Shown in pieces: positions 62,043 through 64,000 of a stretch of 64,000 bases of DNA. The translations under genes and the position numbers were made by a program. The first letter of the stretch is position 1. Each line of letters starts with the position of its first letter. The notes beneath the pieces are model-generated. The model was not told the DNA's origin. It ran no database searches and was given only the letters and a program-made list of their open reading frames with translations. Source of the DNA: an uncultured Methylomirabilota bacterium (GTDB lineage Bacteria > Methylomirabilota > Methylomirabilia > Methylomirabilales > 2-02-FULL-66-22); NCBI GenBank assembly GCA_963705305.1, contig OY970067.1, forward strand, positions 5,504,001-5,568,000, in the 5' to 3' direction.

Positions 62043-62087
62043 CCGGATCGGCGCATCGCCCCCGGAAGAACGATCGGAAAATACCGC

Positions 62088-62116
62088 TTGACACTCCCAG
62101 GGCGGCGGGCTATTCT
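62088..62116 (+). promoter_or_regulatory. sigma70-type promoter for the cold-shock gene
   Basis: TTGACA-17 bp-TATTCT. Confidence 0.7.
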
Positions 62117-62267
62117 CCCTCCGGTTCGGGCGTCGCATTGCCGTTGGTTGATTCCGCAGGGAAGCACCGCAGGGGCAGCAGACACCGCTCCTGCGGTTTT
62201 TTGTTTCTGCGGGGATCTCGCCTCATGGGGAGGCGGGACCTCATTTTACACGAAGGAGGGAGTCGCA

Positions 62268-62474
62268 GTGCGCAGCAAAGGAACGGTGAAGTGGTTCAAC
62301 GATGCAAAGGGATTCGGCTTTATCGAGCGACCGGACGGTGAGGATGTGTTCGTGCACTATTCCGCCATCCAAGCCGATGGCTTCAAGACCCTGAACGAGG
62401 GACAGGCCGTCGAGTTTGACGTCGTGAAGGGTCCCAAGGGCCTTCAGGCGGCCAACGTGACGCGGGCAGTCTGA
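62268..62474 (+). CDS. cold-shock protein
   Basis: '[16 protein letters not shown]', 'DVFVHYSAI', '[10 protein letters not shown]'. Confidence 0.96.
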   Translation: MRSKGTVKWFNDAKGFGFIERPDGEDVFVHYSAIQADGFKTLNEGQAVEFDVVKGPKGLQAANVTRAV

Positions 62475-62489
62475 GGCGCATCGTCAACG

Positions 62490-62528
62490 CACAAAGGCCC
62501 CCGGGATGTGTTCCGGGGGCCTTTGTGT
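62490..62528. terminator. bidirectional intrinsic terminator
   Basis: CACAAAGGCCCCCGG...CCGGGGGCCTTTGTG between convergent genes. Confidence 0.8.
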
Positions 62529-62544
62529 ATGTGCCACCCGCGGG

Positions 62545-62814
62545 TCAGGCCGCCTCCGACATCTTCTTGCCGCAGGAGGAGCAGAACACCGCATCCGCCG
62601 GCACGCCCTTGCCGCAGTGGGGACAGAACTTCCCCCCGACTACCTCGCCCCTGGACTCCGGCCGTTCCGGCGCATCCGGCTTGTCCGCGGCCTCCTTGAA
62701 TCCTTTGATCGCCTTGCCCAGCGAACTCCCGATCTCCGGCAGCTTCCCCGCCCCGAACACTAGCAGGGCGATCACCAGAATCACCAGAAGTTCCGGCATC
62801 CCCAGCCCGAACAT
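62545..62814 (-). CDS. tatA: TatA/E translocase subunit with C-terminal zinc ribbon
   Basis: '[38 protein letters not shown]'; CPHC...CSSC. Confidence 0.9.
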   Translation of the reverse strand: MFGLGMPELLVILVIALLVFGAGKLPEIGSSLGKAIKGFKEAADKPDAPERPESRGEVVGGKFCPHCGKGVPADAVFCSSCGKKMSEAA

Positions 62815-62915
62815 AGTGCCCCCTTTCGCCACTCTGCGGAAGACCGGCTCCGGCCACCCCGCCTTTGGGTTATGATATCACTTCTGGCCGCCGGCGTGTG
62901 GGGAAATCGCCGGGG

Positions 62916-64000
62916 TCAGAATGTCAGCATCATCTCCCGATAGATTGCCGCCGCCTTCATCACCTGCGTGAGCTCCACGTACTCCTGGCTGGTGTGGGCC
63001 TGCTGGATATGGCCGGGGCCCAAGACCACACACGGGATTCCGGCCCCCGACAGGCACGCGGCATCGGTCCCGAAGGGAACACCGCGGGCGGGATGGTCTC
63101 CGTCCACCCGCCGGACGGCCTGCCGGGCCGCCCGCACGACGGCGGCTTCCAGCGGCGCCTCCATGCTTTCCCCCAGCTCGAACGGCTCGTCGATCACCAC
63201 CCGGAGGTCGGGATCCTCGGCCGCCAGGGTCGACAGCATCGCTTCCAGCTCCGCCCGGACGTCGACCCAGCTTTCGCCGGGCAGCAGCCGCCGGTCCACC
63301 TCGATGCGGCAGCGGTCCGGCACGACATTGACCTGGAGCCCTCCTTCGATCCGTCCCACGCTGAGTGTCGGCGACCCCAGCAGCGGGTGCGAGCGCTGCC
63401 GCAGGCGGGGGGCCAGCCGCTCCTCCAGGCCGCGAATCACGCCGGCCATCTTGACGACGGCGTTGATCCCCGCCGGGGGGTTGGAGCTGTGCGCCGCCCG
63501 TCCCAGGGTGGTCATCCGCCAGCGCGCGATCCCCTTATGGGCCACGACCACATCCAGTCCCGTGGGCTCGCCGACGACCGCGGCGTCTGCCCGGAATCCC
63601 GATGCCACCAGGTGCCTGGCCCCTTCATAGCCGGCCTCCTCCCCCATGGTGAACGCCACCGAGATGGTGGATCGAAGGTCCCTCCGGGAGAGCACGCTCT
63701 GGAGGGCCAGCAGCATGGCCGCGATGGAAGCCTTGGTGTCGCAGGCCCCGCGTCCGAAGAGGCGGTCCCCCTCCGATCGCGGCGTGAAGGGATCGACCTG
63801 CCCATCCGACGGGGCGACCGTGTCCAGGTGGGCCTCGAACAGGAGGTGGCCGCCTCCGCCTCCCCCGGGGAGCCGGGCCACCACGTTGGGTCGCCCCGGC
63901 TGCACCTCGGTGACCGTCGGGACCAGGCCCATGGCGCGGAGCCGCCCTGCCAGGACGTGGGCCAGTTCACCCTCGCCCGGGCCGCCGCCCATCCGCGGGT
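62916..64000 (-). CDS. M20 peptidase / ArgE-DapE-like deacylase (5' end beyond window)
   Basis: 'EAHLDTV', 'GRGACDTK', 'EE', 'GEPT', 'AHSS', 'GPG..QAHT'. Confidence 0.9.
   Translation of the reverse strand, partial: PRMGGGPGEGELAHVLAGRLRAMGLVPTVTEVQPGRPNVVARLPGGGGGGHLLFEAHLDTVAPSDGQVDPFTPRSEGDRLFGRGACDTKASIAAMLLALQSVLSRRDLRSTISVAFTMGEEAGYEGARHLVASGFRADAAVVGEPTGLDVVVAHKGIARWRMTTLGRAAHSSNPPAGINAVVKMAGVIRGLEERLAPRLRQRSHPLLGSPTLSVGRIEGGLQVNVVPDRCRIEVDRRLLPGESWVDVRAELEAMLSTLAAEDPDLRVVIDEPFELGESMEAPLEAAVVRAARQAVRRVDGDHPARGVPFGTDAACLSGAGIPCVVLGPGHIQQAHTSQEYVELTQVMKAAAIYREMMLTF

Overview
High-GC bacterial chromosomal segment of about 60 genes, mostly housekeeping and transport: two NitT/TauT-type ABC systems, a Liv-type ABC system, acnA, ggt, iscS, dinB, nth, apgM, trxB, a cold-shock protein, tatA and tRNA-Gln(TTG). 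The standout locus is a 7-gene operon at 31656-38644: Na+/solute symporter, radical SAM enzyme, Cys-motif metallophosphoesterase, a GrdB/PrdB-like selenoprotein, TVP38/DedA, a MerA-like disulfide reductase and a TIGR04283-type glycosyltransferase. The ORF track misses the selenoprotein, which has an in-frame TGA in a UxxC motif and a SECIS-like hairpin. The operon resembles the arsenosugar-associated 'rSAM/selenodomain' clusters. Other points of note are a structured ~215-nt leader before an ABC transporter (riboswitch candidate), four copies of a modular MITE-like repeat, one IS1380-family element with TIRs and a target-site duplication, and a GNAT-aminotransferase fusion. There is also a His/Trp-repeat Spy/CpxP protein, a shared IscR-like motif before iscS and a ferredoxin, several deletion-collapsed gene relics and four frameshifted genes. 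All calls come from motif recognition by eye; no searches were run.
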